Source of the DNA: Nanobdellati archaeon
Lineage (GTDB): Archaea > EX4484-52 > WAPT01
Direction: 5' to 3'
Length of the DNA stretch: 64,000 nt
Assembly: GCA_015520605.1 (NCBI GenBank)
Contig: WAPT01000001.1
Coordinates: forward strand, 1-64,000
This document shows positions 40,119 through 49,075 of this stretch, piece after piece. The notes under the pieces are model-generated. The model did no database searches, was not told the DNA's origin, and was given only the letters and a program-made list of their open reading frames with translations. The first letter of the stretch is position 1. Each line of letters begins with the position of its first letter. The translations under genes were made by a program, and so were the position numbers.

Positions 40119-41215
40119 GAGACGACGTTCCCGATGAGGAGATAATAGAGGCGCTTAGCGAAATTGGGAGGAAAGTGCTCATGCAGATGATGGAAGGCGA
40201 GAACCCTTACATCGAGATGAAGGTCAGAACCCTTTCCAATGTTTATTTTGACGAAAAAGAGAGGATAATAAAACTCGGTGACATGAAGCAGAGGAGATAT
40301 TTCCTGAATGCGGGGCAGGCCAAAAAGTTCATGCAAACTCTGCTCGTTGCTGAACGCATAAAGTGGCTACTGGAGCGGAACAGGAGCCTGAGCAAGAGGC
40401 AGCTGTTCTACACGCTGAAGCACACCATCCCGGGCACGAAGGAGAACACGTTTGACGAGCAGAATGAGAGCGACGAAATCCTGGAGGATCTCGAGGTAAC
40501 CATAGATGTGCTTGTGGAGAGGTTTAACATAATAGCCGATTCGAAAGGTGTTATGGCTGGACCGCTTGTGGTGGAGGACAAGGGCGACACGATAGATCTC
40601 ACCAAAATGGGTAGTGCCGGCTACGCTGTTCCCGGGATAGTTGAACCGGACGTCGTTAAATTTAAAGAGTGCTCAGCAGATTATGTTCTGGTTGTGGAGA
40701 AAGCCGCTGTGTGGAACCTGCTTAATGAGGACAGGTACTGGCAGAAGGAGAACTGCATACTGATAACGGGCAAGGGTCAGCCGTCAAGGGCTGAAAGGAG
40801 GATGGTTCACCGCCTCCATAAGGAGCTCGGCCTGCCCGTTTATGTTTTCACGGACATGGATCCGTGGGGGTATTACATTTATTCGGTTTACAAGCAGGGC
40901 TCCATAAACCTCGCGCATTTTTCCATGAAGTGCGGTGTTCCTGAAGCAAAGTTCATAGGGTTCTGCACCTCCGACGTTAATGAATTCAACATGCCGAGTG
41001 ACGCGTTCATAAAAATGAAGGACATAGATTTCAAGAGGATTAAGGAGCTCAAGAACTACGAATGGTTCAAAAACAGAGAATGGCAGAAAGAGCTGGACAG
41101 CCTGCGCAAGTTCGGTTACAAGATAGAGCAGGATGCACTGGTCATGAAGGGCCTTGAGTTCACCGCCAAGGAATACCTGCCAACTAAGATAGAAAACAAC
41201 ATGTTCCTGCCGTGA
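40115..41215 (+). CDS. top6A: DNA topoisomerase VI subunit A
   Basis: RQLFY (catalytic Tyr), DEQNESD, VEK, TOPRIM D.DPWG, K.EQDA. ATG 40115 follows SD GGTGA. Confidence 0.97.
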   Translation: MRDDVPDEEIIEALSEIGRKVLMQMMEGENPYIEMKVRTLSNVYFDEKERIIKLGDMKQRRYFLNAGQAKKFMQTLLVAERIKWLLERNRSLSKRQLFYTLKHTIPGTKENTFDEQNESDEILEDLEVTIDVLVERFNIIADSKGVMAGPLVVEDKGDTIDLTKMGSAGYAVPGIVEPDVVKFKECSADYVLVVEKAAVWNLLNEDRYWQKENCILITGKGQPSRAERRMVHRLHKELGLPVYVFTDMDPWGYYIYSVYKQGSINLAHFSMKCGVPEAKFIGFCTSDVNEFNMPSDAFIKMKDIDFKRIKELKNYEWFKNREWQKELDSLRKFGYKIEQDALVMKGLEFTAKEYLPTKIENNMFLP

Positions 41216-41230
41216 GACGGTGAATGATTT

Positions 41231-42058
41231 ATGAAGAGTGCACGCCATCTCCCGAAAAACATGCGTCTCTGGGATGGAAAGGGCTACATAGCCATAATGC
41301 TCTTTGGGCTTTTGCTGAACGGAAACCTAAGCACAATACACCCGAAACAACTTGTGGCTTTCACGCTTGCGTCCGTACTTTACGTTGGTTACGCGTTCAG
41401 CATAAACAACTGCTTCGACACGGACACAGATTCTTTAAATGCGCGCAAGAAATCTAAGAACCCTGTCGTGAGCGGAAAGATATCCAGAAAACTTGCGTTG
41501 ATCTTTTCCGCGTGCCTCATCACTGCAGGTATTCTGATCGTTGCTCTTGCATTCAACACGGATATGTTCATCACTTACGTCACGATGTGTGTGCTTGCAA
41601 CCCTCTATTCTGCACCGCCGAGACTTAAGGCAACGCCATTTTTGGATGTACTCTCACACGGTCTGTTTTTCGGAACGCTTCCTGTTTATTTTGGAGCGTT
41701 TTTTGACGGCACACTCACCCACACTGAGATAATGTCAGGAGTTGCGTTTTTCGTCTATTCCTGCTTCCTCCAGCTGAGAAACCTGTTGGAAGATTATGAG
41801 AGTGATTTGAAAGCCGGGTTACGCACAACACCCAGCATAATAGGAGTAAGGAACACTACGATCCTTACATTAACAAGTGGTACCTTAAGCAGTATGCTTC
41901 TTGCCCGGACACTCCTAAAATTTTGTCCATTGCTTCTGATTTTTCCAATCGTAACCACACTATTGTTTCTGTTCTTTGAGAAGGAAAAGATTAATAAAAT
42001 CTTGGACTTCATCATGACACTGTTATGTTTGCTTATAATTCTGAGCGTAAACCTCTAA
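41231..42058 (+). CDS. UbiA-family prenyltransferase
   Basis: NNCFDTDTD, NPVVSG, YSAPPRLK, second Asp-rich motif NLLEDYESD, multiple TM segments. Confidence 0.88.
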   Translation: MKSARHLPKNMRLWDGKGYIAIMLFGLLLNGNLSTIHPKQLVAFTLASVLYVGYAFSINNCFDTDTDSLNARKKSKNPVVSGKISRKLALIFSACLITAGILIVALAFNTDMFITYVTMCVLATLYSAPPRLKATPFLDVLSHGLFFGTLPVYFGAFFDGTLTHTEIMSGVAFFVYSCFLQLRNLLEDYESDLKAGLRTTPSIIGVRNTTILTLTSGTLSSMLLARTLLKFCPLLLIFPIVTTLLFLFFEKEKINKILDFIMTLLCLLIILSVNL

Positions 42059-42921
42059 GCGAGCTTAAGCCACTTAAATTTCTTCAGATGATGTTCGGGG
42101 TTTTTGCGGTGTTTTATCTCCTGAAACTGATGGAATATAATGAGGTTGTGGTGGCGATCAGAAATATGGAGCTGAGGTATCTGTTTCTGTGCGGCATGCT
42201 CTCGATGTCCCATCTTCTCCTTTCCTCCCTGAGGTGGTACATTTTTTTGCTCCCCAACCAACAGAGGAGACTGCGCTATCTTCAGATTATCAAGGCCAAC
42301 CTTAAGGGATATTCCATAATGTTCTCCATGCCGTTTGGCGCCACAGGACACCTTATAAAGCCTAAGCTTATACCGGGTGATTACAAAGACAACCTTTTTT
42401 CTCTGATCTTGAGCCAGACCATGGAGATAAACGCCCTGCTTGCTGTATTTCTCTTCTGGAAGTTCGGAATGAAGGGTCTGATTTTGCCCGTTGCGGCGTG
42501 TGTTGCCATACTACTCTTGAGAAAAATGAGAGAGACCACATTTTTAGTGAAGCTGTTTAACGGGTTCATTGAGAGGGTGCGGATCCCACACGATAAGGTT
42601 TTGGTGAGCGGGTTCATCCTTGGGGTTATGACCCTTCTTGTGCAGGCAGCGGGAATCATCTTCGCTTTTAGAGCAACGGGCTTGGATGTGGGAATGAGTA
42701 ATGCAATCCTCGCGGTTGTGCTCTGCCATGTATTCGGAGCTCTCTCTCCGTTTCCCGCCGGAATTGCTGTGGGTGAGATGGGGATAGTACTCGCCACGGG
42801 TCAAGAGACCCACGCGGTTATTGCTGCGTTCATTTACCGGTTCATTTTTCAGTATGTTTATTCCGCACTAGGATCCCTGCTGTTCATTAGGGAAGGGGTC
42901 AAGAAGGGTGTGCGCACATGA
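42025..42921 (+). CDS. Lysylphosphatidylglycerol-synthase TM / putative flippase (UPF0104)
   Basis: LRW, SPFPAGIAVGE, IYRFIF, multi-TM. Start is uncertain. Confidence 0.75.
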   Translation: MFAYNSERKPLSELKPLKFLQMMFGVFAVFYLLKLMEYNEVVVAIRNMELRYLFLCGMLSMSHLLLSSLRWYIFLLPNQQRRLRYLQIIKANLKGYSIMFSMPFGATGHLIKPKLIPGDYKDNLFSLILSQTMEINALLAVFLFWKFGMKGLILPVAACVAILLLRKMRETTFLVKLFNGFIERVRIPHDKVLVSGFILGVMTLLVQAAGIIFAFRATGLDVGMSNAILAVVLCHVFGALSPFPAGIAVGEMGIVLATGQETHAVIAAFIYRFIFQYVYSALGSLLFIREGVKKGVRT

Positions 42922-44111
42922 TGGTGGCTCTGATCAGTGACTGGTACTACCCCGTAATAGGAGGGGTTGCAAGCCACATGCATGCCCTCGCTTTGAAGCT
43001 GAAGGAAAAGGGGCTGGAAGTTGCAATAATAACCAACGACTGGAACACCGGGAAGGAGGAGGAACTTGAAGATAATGGCATAAGTCTAGTGAAAATAGGT
43101 GGAAAGACAAGCCCAATCGTGAGAGTTAACCTCTCCGTCATGCTGAATCCCGATCCGCTCTCTAGAGTTCTAAGGGATTTTGACGTGGTGCACGCACATC
43201 ATGCTTTTGTGCCCCTTTCATTCAAAGCTATCGGCTGTGCATCCTCGCTGAACCTGCCGACAGTTCTCACAAATCACACCATCTCCTTCATGTACGATTT
43301 CAGACTATGGAAGGTGATAGGAGGAAGGTTATCTATAATTAAGGGTAGCATAAACCGCGCAAACAGGATAATTGCTGTAAGTAGCGCTGCCGCAAAGTTC
43401 ATAGAGCACTTTCTGGACGAGGAGAACAGGGATAAAGTTGAAATCATCCCCAACGGTGTCAATACAGCAAGGTTCACACCACCTTCCCCAGAGGAGAGGG
43501 AAAAAATTAAGTCGGAACTCGGCATAGAGTCCGAAAAGGTTGTGCTCTACCTGAGCAGGATGAGTATAAGAAAGGGTCCTAACATCCTGCTCAAGGCGTT
43601 CAGCTCTCTTCTTGATGAGCTTGACAGCGAGACGAGAAAAACAACCCTTCTCATTATGGCCGGAAGCGGTGAAATGCTCCCTGCACTTAAAGCCCAAGCA
43701 AAAATGCTCGGTGTTGAAAAGAACGTCATGTTCACCGGAAAGGTTGGTGACGAGCTTGTGCCCAAACTTTTTAAAATCGCGGATATTTTTGTACTGCCTT
43801 CGATAACAGCTGAAGCTTTCGGAATGGTGATACTGGAAGCCATGGCCTCCGGCGTTCCCGTGGTGGCAACCAGAGTTGGAGGGATACCAGAGATCTTAAA
43901 GAGATCAAAGTGTGGTGTGCTTGTTGAGCCTCTCAGCGAGGTGGAACTGACTGTAGCAATGCTAAGACTGCTTGAAAATCCCGATATGGCCGCGAAAATG
44001 GGAAAGAAAGGAAGATATGCTGCCGAAAAATATTACAGCTGGGACGTTATCAGCAAAAAGGTTGTTGATGTGTACAGAGGTGTTGCTACCTCGCATCGCG
44101 GGTCAGTTTAA
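42918..44111 (+). CDS. GT4 glycosyltransferase, PIG-A-like
   Basis: SDWYYP..GGV.SH, IPNGV, SR...RKG, EAFGMVILEAMASG.PVVATRVGGIPE. Confidence 0.9.
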   Translation: MMVALISDWYYPVIGGVASHMHALALKLKEKGLEVAIITNDWNTGKEEELEDNGISLVKIGGKTSPIVRVNLSVMLNPDPLSRVLRDFDVVHAHHAFVPLSFKAIGCASSLNLPTVLTNHTISFMYDFRLWKVIGGRLSIIKGSINRANRIIAVSSAAAKFIEHFLDEENRDKVEIIPNGVNTARFTPPSPEEREKIKSELGIESEKVVLYLSRMSIRKGPNILLKAFSSLLDELDSETRKTTLLIMAGSGEMLPALKAQAKMLGVEKNVMFTGKVGDELVPKLFKIADIFVLPSITAEAFGMVILEAMASGVPVVATRVGGIPEILKRSKCGVLVEPLSEVELTVAMLRLLENPDMAAKMGKKGRYAAEKYYSWDVISKKVVDVYRGVATSHRGSV

Positions 44112-44153
44112 ATTTTTAAACATTTTGGAGATAGATAAAATTTAGGCTTCTGT

Positions 44154-44229
44154 GCCCCCGTAGCTCAGCAGGTAGAGCGCGCGGCTGTTAACCGCGTTGT
44201 CCCAGGTTCGAGTCCTGGCGGGGGCGCCA
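44154..44229 (+). tRNA. tRNA-Asn (GTT)
   Basis: Acceptor GCCCCCG/CGGGGGC, anticodon arm CGCGG-CTGTTAA-CCGCG, T loop TTCGAGT, encoded CCA, no intron. Confidence 0.97.
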
Positions 44230-44357
44230 TTTTGCTACTTCTAAAAATGATTAAAGAATTGTGCAAATTTTTCGAAAATTATAAACGTCACTTGCCGAAA
44301 TAATTTCTCGTTAAATAACGAAAAATTTATATATTTATGTGGAAAAGTAATTGTCTC

Positions 44358-45041
44358 ATGCGCAGAACAAAGATAATATGTACGATAGGTCCGGCATCCC
44401 AACACCTCATAGAAGAGTTAAAACAAGCTGGGATGGATGTTGCAAGGATAAACACTGCATACACCGATGATGTGAATATAGGCTTCAGGGATGTGCTGAT
44501 TGATGTAAGGCACTGGAGCGTTCTCGAGAGGCTGGAACTTCCAGAGAATGCCACCATTGCGCTCTCCTTTGTCAGGAGAAGATCATGCTTGGAAAACGCA
44601 AGAAAGATTGTTGATCTGCCAATTTGTGCCAAGATAGAAACAATGGAAGCTATCCAGAACTTGGAGGACATTGTGAAGGAAAGCGACATGATCATGATTG
44701 CCAGAGGCGATCTCGGTAAAGAGTTCGGAATTCATATGGTTCCGATGCTACAGCAGAGAATAATAGAGGTATGCAACCGCTATGACAAGCCATTCATAGT
44801 CGCAACGGAAGTACTTAAATCCATGGTTAATAACGCTGAGCCAACAAGAGCTGAGGCGGTGGATGTTTTCAATGCTGTGAATGCGGGCGCATGGGGGATC
44901 ATGCTGGCTGAAGAGACTGCAATAGGAAATTATCCTGTTGAGACGGCGAGATGGCTCGACGTTCTCATAAGAGCTGCCGAAAACCATAGGGAAGGCGGGT
45001 GTTTAGCTTTAAGTTTGCCACCGAGATCTCCCACAGGATAA
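44358..45041 (+). CDS. pyk: Pyruvate kinase, barrel-only (lacks B and C domains)
   Basis: RRTKIICTIGPAS, SFVR, AKIE, ARGDLG, PTRAE, ETAIGNYP. Only 227 aa from ATG 44358. Confidence 0.8.
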   Translation: MRRTKIICTIGPASQHLIEELKQAGMDVARINTAYTDDVNIGFRDVLIDVRHWSVLERLELPENATIALSFVRRRSCLENARKIVDLPICAKIETMEAIQNLEDIVKESDMIMIARGDLGKEFGIHMVPMLQQRIIEVCNRYDKPFIVATEVLKSMVNNAEPTRAEAVDVFNAVNAGAWGIMLAEETAIGNYPVETARWLDVLIRAAENHREGGCLALSLPPRSPTG

Positions 45042-45378
45042 CAGGACATTACAAAAAAGACGATTGTGAGCACCCACAAGCCATAGCATGAACGAGATAG
45101 CAAAAGTGAAAGGGGATTACTCACGACCAATGGTGTTCTAATCAACACAGGTGGATATTTTTGATCGATGATAGGATAATCTGTTATTTTTATACCAGTA
45201 AATATTCTTTCTTGGTGAGTGTTGCATTAAGCTATAAAACCGTTCACCGTCGTGAGGCGATGCGTCCTTTTTCAACTTACCTCCACGGTGATTTAAATTA
45301 AACAAGGTGACATATGCAGTATTCAATTGATTGATTCCCTATAAATTTAAAAATAATCAGAGAAAAAATCATCCTAGC

Positions 45379-45455
45379 GGGGCGGTAGCTCAGCCTGGGA
45401 GAGCGCGCGGCTGAAGACCGCGGTGTCCGGGGTTCGAATCCCCGCCGCCCCACCA
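45379..45455 (+). tRNA. tRNA-Phe (GAA)
   Basis: Acceptor GGGGCGG/CCGCCCC, anticodon arm CGCGG-CTGAAGA-CCGCG, T loop TTCGAAT, encoded CCA, no intron. Confidence 0.97.
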
Positions 45456-45491
45456 TGACTTTAAAAAATTTCTTTCATTCTCTATATTTCC

Positions 45492-46079
45492 ATGGCCGAG
45501 AATAAAAGCAGAAAAGAAAGCAACAAAATAATCGCACATGCTGAACTTCTCGGGACGAGAGTGGTTGTGTGGGATGAAGAAGAAGGAAATAAAATTTACA
45601 GTGAGAAATACTTTGGGAAGTGGATAGAGGAAGAAAAGGTTAAGTTTCTTCAATTAATGCTGGAGGAAGCGATGCTCCTGCTTGAAAGGGGTTTCATCGA
45701 AATAAAGGAGAGCGGGAAAGTTCTTGATGTCCGTGAATTTTACAGGAGATGCTGCGAGATTGATCCGGAACTCCCCTTCAAATACATAGTATATAGGGAT
45801 CTCAGAAACAGGGGATTCATAGTCAAATCTGGCTTTAAGTTTGGTACTCATTTTAGAGTGTATGAGAGAGGTGTGAATCCCTACAAAAGAGGTGAGAAAA
45901 GCTCGAGGGAACACACGAAGTACAATGTTCATGCTGTGCCTGAAAACATAGACTGGAGCCTAGCCGATTTGTCGAGATTCGTTAGGCTTAGCCAGAACAT
46001 AAGGGCAAAGCCATTGCTCGCAGTTGTAGATGAAGAGGGAAGCGTAACATATTACATCATAAAGCATGTGAGCCCTTGA
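45492..46079 (+). CDS. endA: tRNA-splicing endonuclease, catalytic subunit
   Basis: L.LEEA..L, VYRDLRNRG, KSGFKFGTHFRVY (catalytic Tyr), EH, and a catalytic Lys in IRAK. Single unit of 195 aa. Confidence 0.93.
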   Translation: MAENKSRKESNKIIAHAELLGTRVVVWDEEEGNKIYSEKYFGKWIEEEKVKFLQLMLEEAMLLLERGFIEIKESGKVLDVREFYRRCCEIDPELPFKYIVYRDLRNRGFIVKSGFKFGTHFRVYERGVNPYKRGEKSSREHTKYNVHAVPENIDWSLADLSRFVRLSQNIRAKPLLAVVDEEGSVTYYIIKHVSP

Positions 46080-46112
46080 AAAGTTCGTTCATAATCCATT
46101 CGTGAGTTAAAC

Positions 46113-46630
46113 TCAAACTTTCTTTTTGGTTTCTTCCCCGTAAAATTTGTGGTTCAGCTCATTCATAATCTCCAGTTTTGCACCCTCTCCTTTATAAAAT
46201 TTCAGAAATTTCAATCCTTCTGGTGGAGATACAGCATCGCCCCTCTCATCATAAATCAGAAGTACGGGAAATTCAAGCTTGTTTATTGCTTCAGCTGAGC
46301 TGTACTTCATGCTGTCCTTAATGTAATCCTTTGATTGAACGAAATCGTCATACATTAAAGACCTTTCCTCTCAAATTCTTCGAACCACATCCTTGCTCAA
46401 AAATCCCTCAGATCGGAAACTCTACCCGTTCAGTATACCACACCAACCACATGCCTCATTTTTTGAGACGCAAAGAACGACACGTAAAAACCTTGGCTGT
46501 GGCCGATAAGCACACGATTCTTCCGTTGACTTGTGTTGCAAGAGCCATGGAAATCAAATCTTATGACGTTCAAGCCTTTTAGAGATAAAGAATCATGCAG
46601 CCGTGACGAGATGATCAATATGATTGTCAC
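46113..46630 (-). pseudogene. Degraded alpha/beta hydrolase
   Basis: Fragment 46430-46630 carries VIRFDFHG and the nucleophile elbow GHSQG. Fragment 46113-46355 carries PVLLI...D.V...HKF. The two are separated by a stop/frameshift. Confidence 0.7.
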
Positions 46631-46633
46631 GGT

Positions 46634-48187
46634 TTATCGATCTCTACCTTTCAGCTCTTCAAAACTTATCTCTCCCTCAATCAGCTTTTCCAAAATGTCT
46701 GTAAGCTCATCAATTTTAACGCGCACCTGCTCTCTCGTATCCCTGTCCCTGATTGTCACAGTGTTATTCTGCAGCGTATCATAGTCGATGGTCACACAGT
46801 ATGGTGTGCCTATCTCATCCTGCCTTGCGTATCTTCGCCCTATACTTCCCTTTTCATCATAGAAAGCCACGAACTTCCTCTTCAGCATTCTATATACTTC
46901 CCTTGCCTTCTCCGGCAAACCATCTTTAGTCACGAGGGGGAACACCGCCACCTTGTAGGGTGCAAGTTTAGGATGAAGCTTCAGCACAACCCTTCCATCT
47001 TCCTCTTCATGATACGCATCTATTATGAAAACGAGGAATGCTCTATCAACCCCCTGTGATGGCTCAACAACAACATACGGGATAACTTTCTTTTTGCTTT
47101 CCTCATCAAAGTAGGTCAGATCCTTTCCGCTGAACTTCATATGTTGTTCGAGGTCGAAAGTCGTTCTGTTAGCCATACCGTGTATCTCCTTCCATCCAAA
47201 TGGAAAATGGTATTCTATATCCCAGGTGTCAAGGGCGTAATGACTCCTTTCTTCGGGTAAGTGCTGCCTTATCCTTAACTTTTCTGGATTAACACCCAGA
47301 TCTATAAACCACTTGCACATCTCGTAAAGCCAGTAGACATGCCACTTCGTTTTGATTATCCCCTTCTCAAGCGCTTCCCTAAGCTTCATTTTTCTGTGCT
47401 GCTCACCCATTTTTTGCATTTCAGCGGAGAGCACGTTCATCTCAAAGTCAAGGATCTCGTCTGTCAGATAGGGGCATTCATTTATTTTATCGGGATGTAC
47501 AAAGTATTCTATCTCCATCTGCTCAAACTCCCTCATCCTAAATAGAAAGTTTCTTGGGCTTATCTCGTTTCTGTAAGCTCTACCGATCTGCGCTATACCA
47601 AATGGGAGCTTCACCCTCGTGGTTTCAAGGATCAGCTTGAAGTTAACGAATATAAGCTGGGCTGTCTCCGGTCTCAAATACGCTATGCTGCGCTCATCCT
47701 CAGTCGGCCCGACAAAGGTCTTGAACATGAGGTTGAAGGTTCTTGCCTGAGTCAATTCACCACCACATTTCGGGCACTTTAAGTTGTGTTCTTTGATCAG
47801 CTGGTTTATCCTCTCAAGGCTTATGCCATCAACCGCAATTCCGAGAGCATCCTCAATCAAGTGGTCTGCCCTGTGCCTCGTGTGGCATTTTTTGCACTCA
47901 ACAAGAGGATCAACGAAACATTCGACGTGGCCCGAAGCTCTCCACACCATTGGATGGTTGATGGTGCACGCATCCATCCCAACGACGTCGTCACGCTGCC
48001 TAACAAATCTGTTCCACCACTCATCCTTTATGTTCTTTTTAAGTTCCGCTCCAAGCGGGCCGTAGTCGTAAAAACCAGCAAACCCTCCATAGATCTCACA
48101 GGAGGGATAAACAAAACCCTTCCTCTTGCAGAAGGTTGCTATCTTCTGTATAAATGATTTCATCTCTTTTTCGTTGACGTCCGGCAT
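46634..48187 (-). CDS. glyS: Glycyl-tRNA synthetase (alpha2, archaeal/eukaryotic type)
   Basis: EIYGG..GFYDYGPLG, LRPETAQ, RNEISPR, REFEQ.E, EPS.G.DR, SIGRRYARQDEIGTP. Probable start is ATG 48187. Confidence 0.97.
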   Translation of the reverse strand: MPDVNEKEMKSFIQKIATFCKRKGFVYPSCEIYGGFAGFYDYGPLGAELKKNIKDEWWNRFVRQRDDVVGMDACTINHPMVWRASGHVECFVDPLVECKKCHTRHRADHLIEDALGIAVDGISLERINQLIKEHNLKCPKCGGELTQARTFNLMFKTFVGPTEDERSIAYLRPETAQLIFVNFKLILETTRVKLPFGIAQIGRAYRNEISPRNFLFRMREFEQMEIEYFVHPDKINECPYLTDEILDFEMNVLSAEMQKMGEQHRKMKLREALEKGIIKTKWHVYWLYEMCKWFIDLGVNPEKLRIRQHLPEERSHYALDTWDIEYHFPFGWKEIHGMANRTTFDLEQHMKFSGKDLTYFDEESKKKVIPYVVVEPSQGVDRAFLVFIIDAYHEEEDGRVVLKLHPKLAPYKVAVFPLVTKDGLPEKAREVYRMLKRKFVAFYDEKGSIGRRYARQDEIGTPYCVTIDYDTLQNNTVTIRDRDTREQVRVKIDELTDILEKLIEGEISFEELKGRDR

Positions 48188-48282
48188 GTTTCTCCTCCCT
48201 GATTCTCTACGAGGATTCATCATATTGAATATCTTTAAATTTAAAAAACTGCAAATAATTATCGGGAAATGCCTGGAGGAGC

Positions 48283-49011
48283 GTGTTGATCATGCAGTAC
48301 AGGATAATCTCGAAACCGTCATACAGTCTTGTCGAATTATATCTGAATGGCGGGGAGGAGGTTATAGCGGAAGCCGGGGCTATGGCATACATGAAGAACG
48401 TGGATATAATAACAGAGACAAGAGGGATCGGTGGTGCTTTAAAGAGGAGTCTGCTCGGTGGGGAGAGCTTCTTTCTGAACAGATTCAGGTGTAATGATTC
48501 CACAGGACTTGTTGGGCTCGCTCCGCGCTTCCCAGGGGATGTTGAGATCGTTGAGATGAACAACAGCACGCTCTACGTTCAGAGCGGCTCCTTTCTTGCT
48601 GGGGCGCCAACGATCAACATCGACACAAAATGGAGCGGAGCGAAAGGGTTCTTCAGCGGGGAGGGGATTTTCCTTCTGAAGATCACCGGGAATGGAGGGA
48701 TTTTTCTATCATCTTTTGGCGGGATAGAGAGGATCGATCTGCAGGGAGATGAAATAACGGTTGACACGGGGCACATAGTCGCCTTTACGGACGGGTTGGA
48801 GTGGAGTGTTGGAAAAGCTGGAAATCTCAAATCTTTCCTCTTTAGCGGGGAGGGACTTGTGGCAAGGTTCAGGGGGGTGGGCAGCATCTGGATTCAGACA
48901 AGAACATTAGATTCCTTCCTTGAGTACATTGCCACGCGCATCCATAAAGACAGCGGCAAATCCGCGATCGCCCTCGGATTGCTCGGGGGAATCCTCAAGG
49001 CAAGGGAATGA
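48283..49011 (+). CDS. TIGR00266/AIM24 family protein
   Basis: AEAGAM, GGESFF.N, FFSGEG.F, VDTGH.VAF, SGEGLV, W.QTR. Confidence 0.9.
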   Translation: MLIMQYRIISKPSYSLVELYLNGGEEVIAEAGAMAYMKNVDIITETRGIGGALKRSLLGGESFFLNRFRCNDSTGLVGLAPRFPGDVEIVEMNNSTLYVQSGSFLAGAPTINIDTKWSGAKGFFSGEGIFLLKITGNGGIFLSSFGGIERIDLQGDEITVDTGHIVAFTDGLEWSVGKAGNLKSFLFSGEGLVARFRGVGSIWIQTRTLDSFLEYIATRIHKDSGKSAIALGLLGGILKARE

Positions 49012-49075
49012 TAACAATTTAAAAACGTGCCAGACTTATCTTTCAGAGTAATGAGTCCAATTGTGGTGCTGCTGA

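Noticed and set aside
44930-45326. Short minus-strand ORFs between pyk and tRNA-Phe, or a separated PK C-domain
   Set aside because: No PK C-domain-like sequence was recognised in the frames inspected, and the ORFs lack motifs.
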